DNA of 64,000 bases from assembly GCA_965223705.1 (NCBI GenBank), contig OZ245015.1:1-64000 (forward strand), read 5' to 3'. This document shows positions 47,461-57,208 of the stretch, in pieces. The position numbers and the translations under genes are program-made. The notes under the pieces were generated by a model. It was not told the origin of the DNA. It searched no databases and was given only the letters and a program-made list of their open reading frames with translations. Source of the DNA: Myxococcota bacterium (GTDB taxonomy: Bacteria; Myxococcota_A; UBA9160; UBA6930). Numbering within the stretch: the stretch's first letter is position 1; every line of letters starts with the position of its first letter.

Positions 47461-48389
47461 AGCTCGGGGTCGCGTTCGCGTGGCATCACCTGTCGTGGCC
47501 CGAGCTGCTCTCCGTCGTTGCGAAAGCCGAGGCGTTGGGTTTTCAAGCGGCGTTCGTCGACGGCGACGTGTCGCAGCTGCCGAGCCGGGGAGACCACGAC
47601 ATCCTGGACGGCTGGACGGCGACGACCGCCCTGCTCGCAAAGACCGAGCGCATCGAGATCGGCTCCATCCGACTCGTGTATCACTGGAATGCCGCTCGCT
47701 TGGCGCAAGCCGTGGCCACCCTCGAGCGGATCGAACCGGGTCGGCTCCGCTTCATGATCTCGATCGGCGGCCAAGCCTCGGACCGGCGGTTCGGCTTCCC
47801 GAAACTGGGCGCCGGCGAGCGAATCCTCTGGCTGGAAGAAGCACTTCACGTCGTTCGGGGTCTGTGGAAAGGCGAGCGCGTCACGTTCGATGGTCGCTAC
47901 GTCCACGTGTCGGGAGCGCAAGTGCGACCGACCCCCGTCGGCGGCGCGATCCCGATCCAAATCGCTGCCCGGGGACGACGCCTCCTCGAGGTCGTCGCCA
48001 AGCACGGGGACCGTTGGGACATCAACCTGCCGCCGATTCCCGAACGGGTCGCTGTGCCGGTCGCGCACCTGGAACGCGCGTGCCGCCAAATCGAGCGGGA
48101 TCCGGCTTCGATCGAACGCTCTATGTGGATCTTCACCCGGGTCGGGCGAGACGCCACCGATCCCGCGCTCCATGCGGAATTTCGTCGACTCAACCCGTGG
48201 TTCTCGGACGTACCGGATCGCGATCTCCCGCGCGCCGTCGTGGCCGGATCCCCGGAAGCGTGTCGCGCGCGCCTCGAGGAAATCCGGGAACAGCTCGGGC
48301 TCGCGCTCCCCGTCGTGGATTTGTCCGGACTTCCCGTCGAAGAAGCGACGCGCCAGCTCGACGGGCTCGCGCCCCTCACCGCCGTCTGA
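47457..48389 (+). CDS. LLM-class flavin-dependent oxidoreductase
   Basis: AEALGF, DGWTATTALLAKTERIEIG, LAQAVATLERI.PGR, VTFDGRY. Confidence 0.82.
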   Translation: MKLGVAFAWHHLSWPELLSVVAKAEALGFQAAFVDGDVSQLPSRGDHDILDGWTATTALLAKTERIEIGSIRLVYHWNAARLAQAVATLERIEPGRLRFMISIGGQASDRRFGFPKLGAGERILWLEEALHVVRGLWKGERVTFDGRYVHVSGAQVRPTPVGGAIPIQIAARGRRLLEVVAKHGDRWDINLPPIPERVAVPVAHLERACRQIERDPASIERSMWIFTRVGRDATDPALHAEFRRLNPWFSDVPDRDLPRAVVAGSPEACRARLEEIREQLGLALPVVDLSGLPVEEATRQLDGLAPLTAV

Positions 48390-48403
48390 GCTAGGTTCGG
48401 TCC

Positions 48404-49138
48404 ATGTACGGACGAGGCTATCAGTCGGTGAGTTTCGGGCCGCCCACCACGCCGAACATCATCAAGGTCTTGATGATCATCAACGTCGGTGTGTTCATCC
48501 TCCAAGAGCTCTTCGAGAACATGTCGCTCTTCTTTGCGGCGACTCCCGCGCTGTTCTGGACAGAGGGTTATTTCTGGCAGCCGGCCACCTACATGTGGCT
48601 TCACGCGCCAAAGAGCCTCGCGCATATCGGGTTCAACATGTTGGCCTTGTGGATGTTCGGCTCGCCGCTCGCGTCCGCCTGGGGCGACAAACGCTTTCTC
48701 CGCTTCTACTTGTTGTGCGGGATCGGCGCGGGTCTGTTCATCGTCACCTGGCCTGCGTTTCCAGGTTGGTTCGGCGGGCCGAACTCTCCGAGCTATTTCA
48801 TGCCGACCGTCGGCGCTTCCGGGGCGGTGTACGGCGTCCTCCTCGCCTATTCGCTGACGTGGCCCGACCGCACGATCATGCTCTTGTTCCCGCCGATCCC
48901 GATCAAGGCGCTCTATTTCATCCCGTTCCTGTTCCTCATGAGCTACGTGTTCGGCCCGCCGAACTTGAGCCATGTCGGTCATCTGGGCGGCGTCGCTATC
49001 GGTTGGTTGCTCTTTCGGCGCCACCGCGGCGAGGGGCTCCTCCCCTCTTTGTCGTCGCTGAAATACCGTTGGCGCCGCTATCGCATGCGCCGGAATCTCC
49101 GAGCGGTGCGCGACGACGACAGCCCGTGGCAGCACTAG
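48404..49138 (+). CDS. Rhomboid intramembrane serine protease
   Basis: WQ..TY..LH, HIGFNM, GASGA, HVGHLGG. Confidence 0.92.
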   Translation: MYGRGYQSVSFGPPTTPNIIKVLMIINVGVFILQELFENMSLFFAATPALFWTEGYFWQPATYMWLHAPKSLAHIGFNMLALWMFGSPLASAWGDKRFLRFYLLCGIGAGLFIVTWPAFPGWFGGPNSPSYFMPTVGASGAVYGVLLAYSLTWPDRTIMLLFPPIPIKALYFIPFLFLMSYVFGPPNLSHVGHLGGVAIGWLLFRRHRGEGLLPSLSSLKYRWRRYRMRRNLRAVRDDDSPWQH

Positions 49139-49142
49139 GCCG

Positions 49143-49952
49143 GTGACCGAAGCCGCTCCGTTCGAGATCACGCGCGAACTCGACTCCGCGATCGACGAAG
49201 CGGCAGAACGGCTGGCGGGCTCCGAGTTTCCCATCGCGCTCACCGGCGCCGGTCTATCCGTCGAAAGCGGAATCCCACCGTTTCGAGGGCCGGGCGGACT
49301 GTGGACGAAGTACGGCGAACCCCCGCTCGACGGCTACCAGCGCTTTATGCGCGATCCCGTCGCCGCCTGGAGAGAACTGCTCGAGCCCTCGGAGCCGTGG
49401 CTCAAGGGACTGCGCAGCACACTCGACCGGGCCGCCCCGAACGACGGCCATCGGGCGCTCGTGGCCCTCGAATCGGCGGGCCTCTTGCGCAGCCTCATCA
49501 CGCAGAACGTCGACGATCTCCACCGCGAAGCCGGACAGCGAGAGCTGCTCGAGATTCACGGAAACTATCGCCTGCTCCGCTGCGTCGGATGTGGTGAACG
49601 CTTTCCCGCCGAGACGATCGAAATCGATCGCGAAAAGCTTCCGCCGGCGTGTCCGAAATGTCAGGCGATGCTCAAGGACGACACCGTGCACTTCGGCGAG
49701 CCGATTCCACCGGCGGTGCTCGTGGCGTGCGAGCGTGCGGCCGAGCGCGCCGATTGCATGCTGGTGGTAGGCACCTCGGCGACGGTCTACCCGGCGGCGG
49801 GTTTCGCCGTCGACATCGCGCGCCGGGGCGGCTGCTTGATCGAAGTGAATCCCGAACCGAGCGATCTCACGGAGCTCGCCACGATCTTCCTGCGCGGGCC
49901 CGCTGGCGCTGTGCTTCGGCGTCTGTCGGAGCGGGCGACCGCTAAGACCTAG
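49143..49952 (+). CDS. cobB: Sir2-family NAD-dependent deacylase
   Basis: GAGLSVESGIPPFRG, TQNVDDLH, HG, CxxC...CxxC, GTS..VYPA. Confidence 0.9.
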   Translation: MTEAAPFEITRELDSAIDEAAERLAGSEFPIALTGAGLSVESGIPPFRGPGGLWTKYGEPPLDGYQRFMRDPVAAWRELLEPSEPWLKGLRSTLDRAAPNDGHRALVALESAGLLRSLITQNVDDLHREAGQRELLEIHGNYRLLRCVGCGERFPAETIEIDREKLPPACPKCQAMLKDDTVHFGEPIPPAVLVACERAAERADCMLVVGTSATVYPAAGFAVDIARRGGCLIEVNPEPSDLTELATIFLRGPAGAVLRRLSERATAKT

Positions 49953-49965
49953 CGCGGAGGCGCTC

Positions 49966-50883
49966 CTAGCGGGCGCCGACTTGTCGGCGGAGCTCTTCGC
50001 CTCCGTGTAGGAACACCACCGCCGACGGTTCGATCGACACGACGACGAGGGTGCCCACGGCATCTCCTTCGCGAAGCTCGACGCTTTCCGGGAAACCCTC
50101 GACTTCGATCCGCGCGGAGCGTCGGGTGGCGTCCGGATGCCAGGCGGTCTTGAGAACAGCGATGTCGGGCGGAGGCGGTATCACCACGGGCGTCTCGACG
50201 GGAGCCGGCCGCGGGGGCGGAGGCGCCGAGACGGCCGGCGGCTTGCCGACGGGCGCTCGGGCCGGATCGGGCACGACCTGATGCGCTGGAACAGCGGCGA
50301 CTTGCGCGGGCTCTTCCCTCGGCGGTTCGGAAGCAGTGGTCCACGCTGTGGGGGGAGGCGTTTCGACCGCCACAGGTTCTCCAAGCGGAGGCTCGGGAGC
50401 GTTCGCTTCCGCGCTCGGAAGCGGAGGCTCGGGAGCGTTCGCTTCCGCGCTCGGAAGCGGCGGCAGTGCGAAGCTCTCGACCGTATCCGGAGTCCCCGGC
50501 GCGACGTCGGGAGCGATCGCGGGTTCCCGGAGATTCGGCGCCGCCGAGACGGCGGGTCTCTCGGGATTCGGCGCCGACGACACGGCGGGTCTCTCGGGTT
50601 CGGCGGGAGCCGGCTGGCTCTCGGCAATCGTCGCGCTCTCGGGCGCGTCCCATCCCCAGTAAGCGCGCAGGCCGCCCCAGGCCACGGCCCAAAACGCCAG
50701 TACCACCAGGGCCCACACCCAAGCGCGTGTGCCCTGTTCTCGCGAGCCCCGCATGCTCGCGGGAATCGTCTCCGGATGTCTCGCGTGGGTCGCGAGCGGC
50801 ACGTCGTCGAGCAGGGGATCTCGCTCGAGCTCCGGTTCTTTTCGGGTCTCGACGCGGTCGAGAGCCTTCAGGATGGTGCTCAA
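49966..50883 (-). CDS. gspB: GspB/ExeB-like protein
   Basis: TTG start MSTILKALDRVE (cf. ExeB MS.IL.AL), single TM, Pro-rich linker, C-terminal LREGD...I.P..V; overlaps the gspA stop. Confidence 0.7.
   Translation of the reverse strand: MSTILKALDRVETRKEPELERDPLLDDVPLATHARHPETIPASMRGSREQGTRAWVWALVVLAFWAVAWGGLRAYWGWDAPESATIAESQPAPAEPERPAVSSAPNPERPAVSAAPNLREPAIAPDVAPGTPDTVESFALPPLPSAEANAPEPPLPSAEANAPEPPLGEPVAVETPPPTAWTTASEPPREEPAQVAAVPAHQVVPDPARAPVGKPPAVSAPPPPRPAPVETPVVIPPPPDIAVLKTAWHPDATRRSARIEVEGFPESVELREGDAVGTLVVVSIEPSAVVFLHGGEELRRQVGAR
50386..50600 (-). repeat. In-frame tandem repeats in the GspB linker
   Basis: PERPAVS(S/A)APN x2 and PPLPSAEANAPE x2. Confidence 0.85.
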
Positions 50884-52742
50884 CCGGCACCTCCTTCCGA
50901 ATCGAGTCGCGGCGCGGGGTAGCCGGCGAGCGCACTGTAGAGCGCCATCTTCGTGACGGGGCCGACGGCGCCATCGACGCGCAGTCCGTTTCGCTCTTGG
51001 AACGCGCGAACCGCGCTGACGGTGGCTGCGTCGTAGTCGCCGTGCGGCTCGCCCCGGTAGAGGCCGAGCCCTTTGAGCGATTGCTGCAGCCACGCGACGG
51101 GCGTCCCGCGAGAGCCGCTGACAAGAACACCCGGGAGCTGCTCGAAATCTCTCCAAACGATGATCGCGTGTCCGTTCCAGCGCCGCGCGAGGCTTTGCCA
51201 CGGCACGTCGCGCGCTTCGCCGTCATCGAGGCCGTAGATCGTCGCCGATCCGCCGCGCAACCCGACCAGGGCTGCACTGCGCATCGCACCGTCGTCGGCT
51301 TCGAGCTCGACGATCGCCGGAAGGTTCAGCACTTCGAGCGTTCGGCGCGTGGATTGCGTCAGCACCAAAGGGAAGAGACCGCGATCGCGGAGCTCGCTTT
51401 GCGCTTGCGAGATCGACAGGCGGCCGGCGCGGCTCGGCGCCTCGCCCCAAGCGCGGAGAAGCCCGTTGACGGCGGCGAGCGTCGTTCGACCCGGCGTCCG
51501 CTCGGCGAGCGCGTCACCGAAATCGATCGGCGTGCGACGCGGCGCCGCCGCTTGCTCCGCCGGCGGAGGCGGCGCACTCACCGCCGGAACCGTGCTTGGC
51601 ACCGAAGCTGCCCCGGCGGCAGAGATCTCCGCGCGAGCGTCCGCCATCGACGGAAGTTCGGGTGTGATGAGGCGCGCCGGGGGTAGCGGCGCCAGAGGAT
51701 CGAGCGGCGCTGCCGCGGGCGCATCCAGCGCCGCGACTTCCGGCGCGTCGGCGGGCGACGCGGCGACGTCGGCTGTCGCGGGCGGGGCCGATTCCGCAGC
51801 CACCGCGCTCGGCGCTGCCCCGGATGCCTGCCAACGGTTGACGCCCACACCGACGGCGATTCCGAATAGCGCGATCGCGAGGGCGGGGACCGCCCAGCGC
51901 CAAAAACCCCACCAGCTCTGACCGGGTGCCGACGGGGCGGGGCCTCGCAGCTCGCGATCGGTTTGCGTGACAAGTCCCAACCCGATGGTCGACGCGCCCG
52001 CCGCGTAGCCGGCGAGAAGCGCTCGGTCGCAAAGCAAGTTGATGACGCGGGGGATCCCGCCAGAGCGGCGGTGGATTTCGCGAAGCGCCAGCTCGCTGAA
52101 AATATCCCGCGGTCCGCCCGCCGCCGTCCGCAGACGGTGCCGGACGTAGTCCCGGGTCTCGGCTGGCGAGAGGGGCGTGAGGCGCCAGCGAACGGTGATG
52201 CGTTGGCGCAGTTGGCGCAGACTCTGCGACTCGAGCATCGCGTCGAGCTCGGGCTGACCGATGAGAATGATCTGGATGAGCTTCGACGTCTCCGTCTCGA
52301 GATTCGACAGCAGGCGCACCTGTTCGAGCGTCTCGGGCGCCAGGTTCTGCGCCTCGTCGATCAACAGCAGCACCCGTCGGCCCTCGGACTTCTTCGCGAG
52401 CAGGAAGTGGTTGAGCGCTTCGTGGATCTCGCGTCGCGAGTCCGTTTCAACTCCGAGCCCGAGCTCGGATGCAATCTCCTGCAGCAACTCGGTGGCCGAG
52501 AGCTGGGGATTGAAGATGAACGCGACTTCGGTGCCGGGCTCGATGCGTTGCAACAGCGCGCGACAGACCGTCGTCTTGCCGGTGCCGACTTCGCCCGTGA
52601 TCGCGATGAAGCCCTCGCCCTGCTCGATTCCGTAGAGCAGGTGGGCGAGCGCTTCCCGATGCGAGTCGGCCAGGAAGAGGTAGCGAGGATCGGGGCCTAA
52701 ACCGAAGGGTTTTTCCCTCAACCCGTAGAACTGGGTGTACAT
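50880..52742 (-). CDS. gspA: GspA/ExeA AAA ATPase with C-terminal peptidoglycan-binding domain
   Basis: MY..FYGL.EKPF...PDP, GEVGTGKTT, IDEAQNL, GQPEL, GGIPR.IN; PG-binding AVRAFQERNGLRVDGAVGP. Confidence 0.92.
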   Translation of the reverse strand: MYTQFYGLREKPFGLGPDPRYLFLADSHREALAHLLYGIEQGEGFIAITGEVGTGKTTVCRALLQRIEPGTEVAFIFNPQLSATELLQEIASELGLGVETDSRREIHEALNHFLLAKKSEGRRVLLLIDEAQNLAPETLEQVRLLSNLETETSKLIQIILIGQPELDAMLESQSLRQLRQRITVRWRLTPLSPAETRDYVRHRLRTAAGGPRDIFSELALREIHRRSGGIPRVINLLCDRALLAGYAAGASTIGLGLVTQTDRELRGPAPSAPGQSWWGFWRWAVPALAIALFGIAVGVGVNRWQASGAAPSAVAAESAPPATADVAASPADAPEVAALDAPAAAPLDPLAPLPPARLITPELPSMADARAEISAAGAASVPSTVPAVSAPPPPAEQAAAPRRTPIDFGDALAERTPGRTTLAAVNGLLRAWGEAPSRAGRLSISQAQSELRDRGLFPLVLTQSTRRTLEVLNLPAIVELEADDGAMRSAALVGLRGGSATIYGLDDGEARDVPWQSLARRWNGHAIIVWRDFEQLPGVLVSGSRGTPVAWLQQSLKGLGLYRGEPHGDYDAATVSAVRAFQERNGLRVDGAVGPVTKMALYSALAGYPAPRLDSEGGAG

Positions 52743-52805
52743 GGGACGGCGCGTGACTCACTCTTCGGGGGTGGTGGACTGGCTACCGATCAAGCTTATC
52801 CAACG

Positions 52806-53699
52806 ATGAACGAATCGCGAATTCAAGCCGAATCCCTCGGGGATCGGATTCTCGGCATCGACTTGGGCGCGAGCCTGATCAAGATCGCGGAGCTTTCCCC
52901 CGAGGGAAGTCTCGCCTATCGGTCGATGGCGAGTGACCGAGCGGATGAGCTGGGCGCCGTAGTGGCGGGCAACCCCGTCGCCGTGTTGGCCGCCACCGGG
53001 GCCGGCGCCGTGCCCTGGCTCGAGCGCTTTGCGCCCACCGGAACGCACGTTCGAGAGTTCGTCGCGTGGAGCGCGGGCGGGCACGATCTCCGTCGGGCGC
53101 AACCACCGCAACCGGAACTCCCGTTTCTCTTGGTCTCGTTGGGTACCGGAACTTCGGTTCTCCGCGTCGGGGGGGAGGGAGGCGGCCGTGTCGAACGCGT
53201 CGGCGGATGCGCTCTCGGAGGTGGAACACTGTACGGGCTCGCGGTCAGCCTACTCGGTTGCCGAGACTTCTCAGCGCTGGTCGCGCTGGCGAATCGCGGC
53301 GACCGAGGCCGCGCGGATCTTCGCGTCGGAGACATCTACGGGGATCGCGGCCCCGACGCGATCGGTCTGCCGGGCGAAGTGACGGCGGCGAACCTCGGCA
53401 AGCTTCACCGCGAAGACCTAGACCGCGATGCCGCTGACGTGGCGCGCGGCATCATGGGGCTGGTCGGTGAAAACGTCGGCCTGCTCGCCGCCCACCTCGC
53501 AACACAACACGGCGCGCGTGAAATCGTTTTCGCGGGATCTCCGCTGGCTGGGAACGAACCACTCGCCGAGATCCTCATCCGCATCGCTACAGCGCTCGGA
53601 CACCGGGCGTGCGTATTGACCCAGGGCGCCTACGCGGGGGCCTTGGGCGCTTTGCTCTCGGTGTTTCCCGAAGCGCGTGCCGCGACCCCGAGCCCTTAG
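52806..53699 (+). CDS. coaW: Type II pantothenate kinase (Fumble family)
   Basis: GIDLGASLIK, TGAGA, EF, VSLGTGTS, RVGG.ALGGGT, DLRVGDIYG, AANLGK, GALGA. Confidence 0.85.
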   Translation: MNESRIQAESLGDRILGIDLGASLIKIAELSPEGSLAYRSMASDRADELGAVVAGNPVAVLAATGAGAVPWLERFAPTGTHVREFVAWSAGGHDLRRAQPPQPELPFLLVSLGTGTSVLRVGGEGGGRVERVGGCALGGGTLYGLAVSLLGCRDFSALVALANRGDRGRADLRVGDIYGDRGPDAIGLPGEVTAANLGKLHREDLDRDAADVARGIMGLVGENVGLLAAHLATQHGAREIVFAGSPLAGNEPLAEILIRIATALGHRACVLTQGAYAGALGALLSVFPEARAATPSP

Positions 53700-53712
53700 G
53701 CTCGGTCCTCGG

Positions 53713-55419
53713 TCAGACTTTCGGGACCGGTTCCGTCGCTTCTTCGTCGGTTCGAGCCACGGTTCTCAGTACGCGCTGCGTCCTTGCGATCGCCGCGCGC
53801 TGCACACGCAACTCTTCGCTCTGCGCGGCCAGCTGGCGCTCGATGCGATCCTTCGCCTCTTCGAGGTCCTTGAGCTTTCGTTCGAGGTGCGCGAGGCGCT
53901 CGTCGGCAAAGAGCTCTTCGGACTGCGCCGCGTTCGCACCGGAAAATGCGGGCGCGGAATCTCCCGGCGAAGCGTCGAACGGCGAGTTCGCAGCGGAGTC
54001 ATCGGCAAACGCCGCGACCGGAGCCGGCGTGTCATCGGGCGCGCCGAACGCCGGAGCGGGCGTGTCATCGGGCGCGCCGAACGCCGGCGCGGGCGTATCG
54101 TCGGGCGCGCCGAACGCCGGCGCGGGCTCGTCTTTTCGCAACAAGGGCGGCGGCGCACCCGCAGAACCCACGACTGCGGGAAGGTCATCGTCGGGATCGC
54201 CACCGAGCGGTATATCGGGTTGCGTTTGACCTTCGTGATCGACGTCGGCGGCGGGCATCGTTCCGTCGACGGCTTCGGAAACTTCCGAGGCGTCGAGCGA
54301 GAACGGCTCGTCGTTCGCAAACGGCGAGTCGGTGTCAAACCCATCGCTCCGTCGCTGACCGCGCAAAATCAAGACAATCAAAAGCAACAAGAGAACGACG
54401 CCAACTCCGCCCAGGATCAGCGGGTGGTCGATCGCTGCGGGGAGAAAGCCCGTAAAGCCCTTGCGTGGTTCCGCGGCCGACGCGGGCTCGCTGCGCCGGT
54501 CGAAGCCCGCCGCGCCCGAGCCATAGGTCGGAGCCGAATCACCCCCGCCGTAGCTCGAAGGCGATTCCCCCGTCGCGTTTTGGGCGAGCTCGATTTCTTC
54601 GCTCGCGCCGTCCGCGAGCGCGGAGCCGGCGTCGGAGTCCGCCGCTTCGAGGATCTCTCGAAAACTCGAAGTCGTGTTGAAGGCGTCGACCGCATCGCTC
54701 GCTTCGGCGAGTGCATCGCTGCTCGCGTCTCCGAGCATGCCGGCGGTATCCGACATCGCATCCGATGCGTCATCCGCGAGCTCGCCCAGGCGATCGGCTC
54801 CCTCGGCCACGCGATCCGCCACGGCGCCTCCGGCCGTAGCTGCGGTTTCACCGAAATCGCGCCCCATGCTGTCGAGTGCGCCGGTACGTCGGTGATCCCG
54901 TAGGGACTCGCGCAAAGCGCTGTCGGTCGGCATGCGGTCGGTGTCCGGTTCGATTTCGACCGGCGGTGACGTGCGGGTGGGTTCGGGCGGCGGCTCGGCG
55001 GCACGCACCGGAGCCGCTTGGGCGACGGCGGACCGCTTCAAGTCGATCACCAAGCGCGCCGGGCCGCTCAGCGACATTTCGGAATAGGAGACCCCCGAAT
55101 CGCGCAATGAAAGAACGGCGATGGTCGAGCCGTCCGGTTGCGGTTCGAGGCTCACGGAGCGCAGATGGCCCGACCCCGACGCCAGAACCCGGCGTTGACT
55201 GCTCGCATCGACCCGGACCCGCAGCTCGGCTTCGTCGGAGCGGCGGATCGAGTGTTCCACCTCACCCGTCGTTTGAAGCACGACGCGCGTGTAGCGGGGA
55301 TGCAGGCCGACGCGGACATCGACGACTTCGCCGGCCCGAGCTGCCCCTGCGATGAGCAGGGCCGCGAAGGCCAGCGAGAAGAACTTCCCCAGGTTTCCGT
55401 TACTGCCGATTCTTCGCAT
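53713..55419 (-). CDS. AMIN-domain membrane protein with acidic low-complexity regions and C-terminal coiled coil
   Basis: Signal peptide, VRVG.HPRYTRVV...PARLVIDL (AMIN-like), TM GVGVVLLLLLIVLIL, coiled coil. Confidence 0.65.
   Translation of the reverse strand: MRRIGSNGNLGKFFSLAFAALLIAGAARAGEVVDVRVGLHPRYTRVVLQTTGEVEHSIRRSDEAELRVRVDASSQRRVLASGSGHLRSVSLEPQPDGSTIAVLSLRDSGVSYSEMSLSGPARLVIDLKRSAVAQAAPVRAAEPPPEPTRTSPPVEIEPDTDRMPTDSALRESLRDHRRTGALDSMGRDFGETAATAGGAVADRVAEGADRLGELADDASDAMSDTAGMLGDASSDALAEASDAVDAFNTTSSFREILEAADSDAGSALADGASEEIELAQNATGESPSSYGGGDSAPTYGSGAAGFDRRSEPASAAEPRKGFTGFLPAAIDHPLILGGVGVVLLLLLIVLILRGQRRSDGFDTDSPFANDEPFSLDASEVSEAVDGTMPAADVDHEGQTQPDIPLGGDPDDDLPAVVGSAGAPPPLLRKDEPAPAFGAPDDTPAPAFGAPDDTPAPAFGAPDDTPAPVAAFADDSAANSPFDASPGDSAPAFSGANAAQSEELFADERLAHLERKLKDLEEAKDRIERQLAAQSEELRVQRAAIARTQRVLRTVARTDEEATEPVPKV
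54000..54130 (-). repeat. 33-bp in-frame repeat (PAPAFGAPDDT x3 plus a degenerate copy)
   Basis: Seen directly in DNA and protein. Confidence 0.85.
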
Positions 55420-55500
55420 GACGACCTCGTCCTAGGCCCAATGGTAAACGACGCGCGGATCCGTGTGCCGGAGCGGAAAGGGTCCGCGCAAAAAATTCGC

Positions 55501-56295
55501 TCAGATTGTTGGGGGGACCGACCGCTCGACGAGCCCCCGCAGGACCTCGATCGCGCGCCGGATGCGAGGACCGTACCACGACACCAGAGTCCCGTCGATG
55601 CAATGAATTCGCCCGTCGCGAGCCGCGGGAATGGGCCAGCTTCGCAGCTCCGCGGCATCCGCCGGTCCGAAGCGGTACGGCTCATCGGGAAGGAGCACGA
55701 CATCCGGCCGAGCGGCGATGATTTGTTCCTCCGTCACGCGCGGATAGCGCCGATCTGGAAGCTCCGCGAAGACGTTCATGCCGCCGCAGACTTCGATGAG
55801 ACTCTGGGCATAGGTGTCATGACCCACAGACATCCAAGGATCTTTCCAAATGGGGCAAAAGACCCTCGGGCCAGGGAAAGTCACTTCAGCTTCGGCTGCT
55901 TCCAGCGCTTCGAATACTGGGTCGACCACCGCGCGGACCGCGGAGTTCGAGGCGCCGAGCTCCGCCATTTCGCCGAGCAACGTCGCTCCTTCGCGCACGG
56001 TCGTCGGGTACGTGACCCAGACATCGAGGCCCTGCTCCCGAAGCTTTGCGACGTCGCTCTTGCGATTTTCCTCTCGGTTGGCGAGGACCAAGTCGGGCCG
56101 TAGTTCCCGAATCGCGTCGAGGTCCGGATTCTTGGTTCCTCCGATTTTCGGGAGCTTCGCGACACCCGCTTCCGGGTAGATGCACCACTCGGTTACCCCG
56201 ACGACGCGCTCGCCGAGACCGAGCGAGAACAGCGCCTCGGTCAGGCTCGGCACCAGGGACACAATGCGCTCCGGGCAACGCGAACTCACGCGCAC
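55501..56295 (-). CDS. BtuF-like helical-backbone metal/cobalamin-binding protein
   Basis: RIVSLVPSLTE, GGTKNPD, PDLVLANREEN, PDEPYRF, WYGPR. Confidence 0.85.
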   Translation of the reverse strand: MRVSSRCPERIVSLVPSLTEALFSLGLGERVVGVTEWCIYPEAGVAKLPKIGGTKNPDLDAIRELRPDLVLANREENRKSDVAKLREQGLDVWVTYPTTVREGATLLGEMAELGASNSAVRAVVDPVFEALEAAEAEVTFPGPRVFCPIWKDPWMSVGHDTYAQSLIEVCGGMNVFAELPDRRYPRVTEEQIIAARPDVVLLPDEPYRFGPADAAELRSWPIPAARDGRIHCIDGTLVSWYGPRIRRAIEVLRGLVERSVPPTI

Positions 56296-56307
56296 CTCCG
56301 ATAGGCC

Positions 56308-57195
56308 TCACGCGCGTGGGGCATGGAACCCGACGCTCAAAACGCCTGTCTCGACGCGAACATCGCTCACGGAAGCACCGGCGAGTGCCCCCGGTAATGC
56401 GATGCGGCGTTCGATATCACACACACGGACCAGTAAATCGCGATCTTCCAAAAAGATCGAGATGTCGTCTTCGGGAACTTCGGATACGGCGAGCTCAAAT
56501 CGGAAGCCGCCGTCGCGCTGTACGAACCGGGCAGGGTTTCCGGCGGCCAGAACGCCCTCGGCGTCGAGCTCGCCATAGACCTCTCGCGCCAGCTCGCGCA
56601 GCGCGGGCTGGCCTCGAAGCTCCCGATGCCGGAGAGTCGCCGTGAGAAGTGGCGTCGCGCCCAGCGCGCGAAGGGCGTCGAGTTCGCGCCGCTGGTGCTC
56701 CGCCCAGGACGCGAAATAGCCGTCGCAAGCGGACGCCGGCAAGACGCGGTTCGCGATGACCGCGTCGACGTGCCCGCCGAACAGCTGCAGCTGGGCGAGC
56801 GCGCGACGCGTGCGGTGGGTCGCACTCCTCGTCGGACGCGTCACCCAGCGAATGCTGGTTCGCTCTTCGGTGATCGTCCGCAGGAAACCCACGGTGGTGG
56901 CAATCGACGGACTGTCGACGACGCATACGTCGGCTTCTTCGGAGAGAGCTGTGCGTCGGAGCGCACCGAGCATCGGCGATGGGTCGTGCGACGCGAGTTC
57001 TCGTGCCGCGACTCCGGGAAAAACGGTCACGCGCGTCGCCCCGACACCCCGACCGAGAGCGCGCGCGGCGCCGCCCGCCGGATCGCCGCCGACCAGCGCC
57101 ACGCGGAGCCCCCGAAGTGCACACGCGATCGCTGTTGCGACGGCAAGGCTGGTCTTGCCCGTGCCTCGATCCCCGGTCAGCAAGATGACACGCAT
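56308..57195 (-). CDS. Degenerate ArsA/Get3-like ATPase with C-terminal HSP20-like domain
   Basis: MRVILLTGDRGTGKTSLA, VDAVIANRVLP..ACDGYFASW...Q, beta-rich C-terminus (DLLVRV...RRIALP). Confidence 0.75.
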   Translation of the reverse strand: MRVILLTGDRGTGKTSLAVATAIACALRGLRVALVGGDPAGGAARALGRGVGATRVTVFPGVAARELASHDPSPMLGALRRTALSEEADVCVVDSPSIATTVGFLRTITEERTSIRWVTRPTRSATHRTRRALAQLQLFGGHVDAVIANRVLPASACDGYFASWAEHQRRELDALRALGATPLLTATLRHRELRGQPALRELAREVYGELDAEGVLAAGNPARFVQRDGGFRFELAVSEVPEDDISIFLEDRDLLVRVCDIERRIALPGALAGASVSDVRVETGVLSVGFHAPRA

Positions 57196-57208
57196 GGGGG
57201 CGGAGGGG

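Noticed and set aside
49143..49952. Sir2 as an anti-phage defence effector
   Set aside because: It is a stand-alone CobB-type sirtuin with a zinc ribbon among housekeeping genes, with no defence partners.
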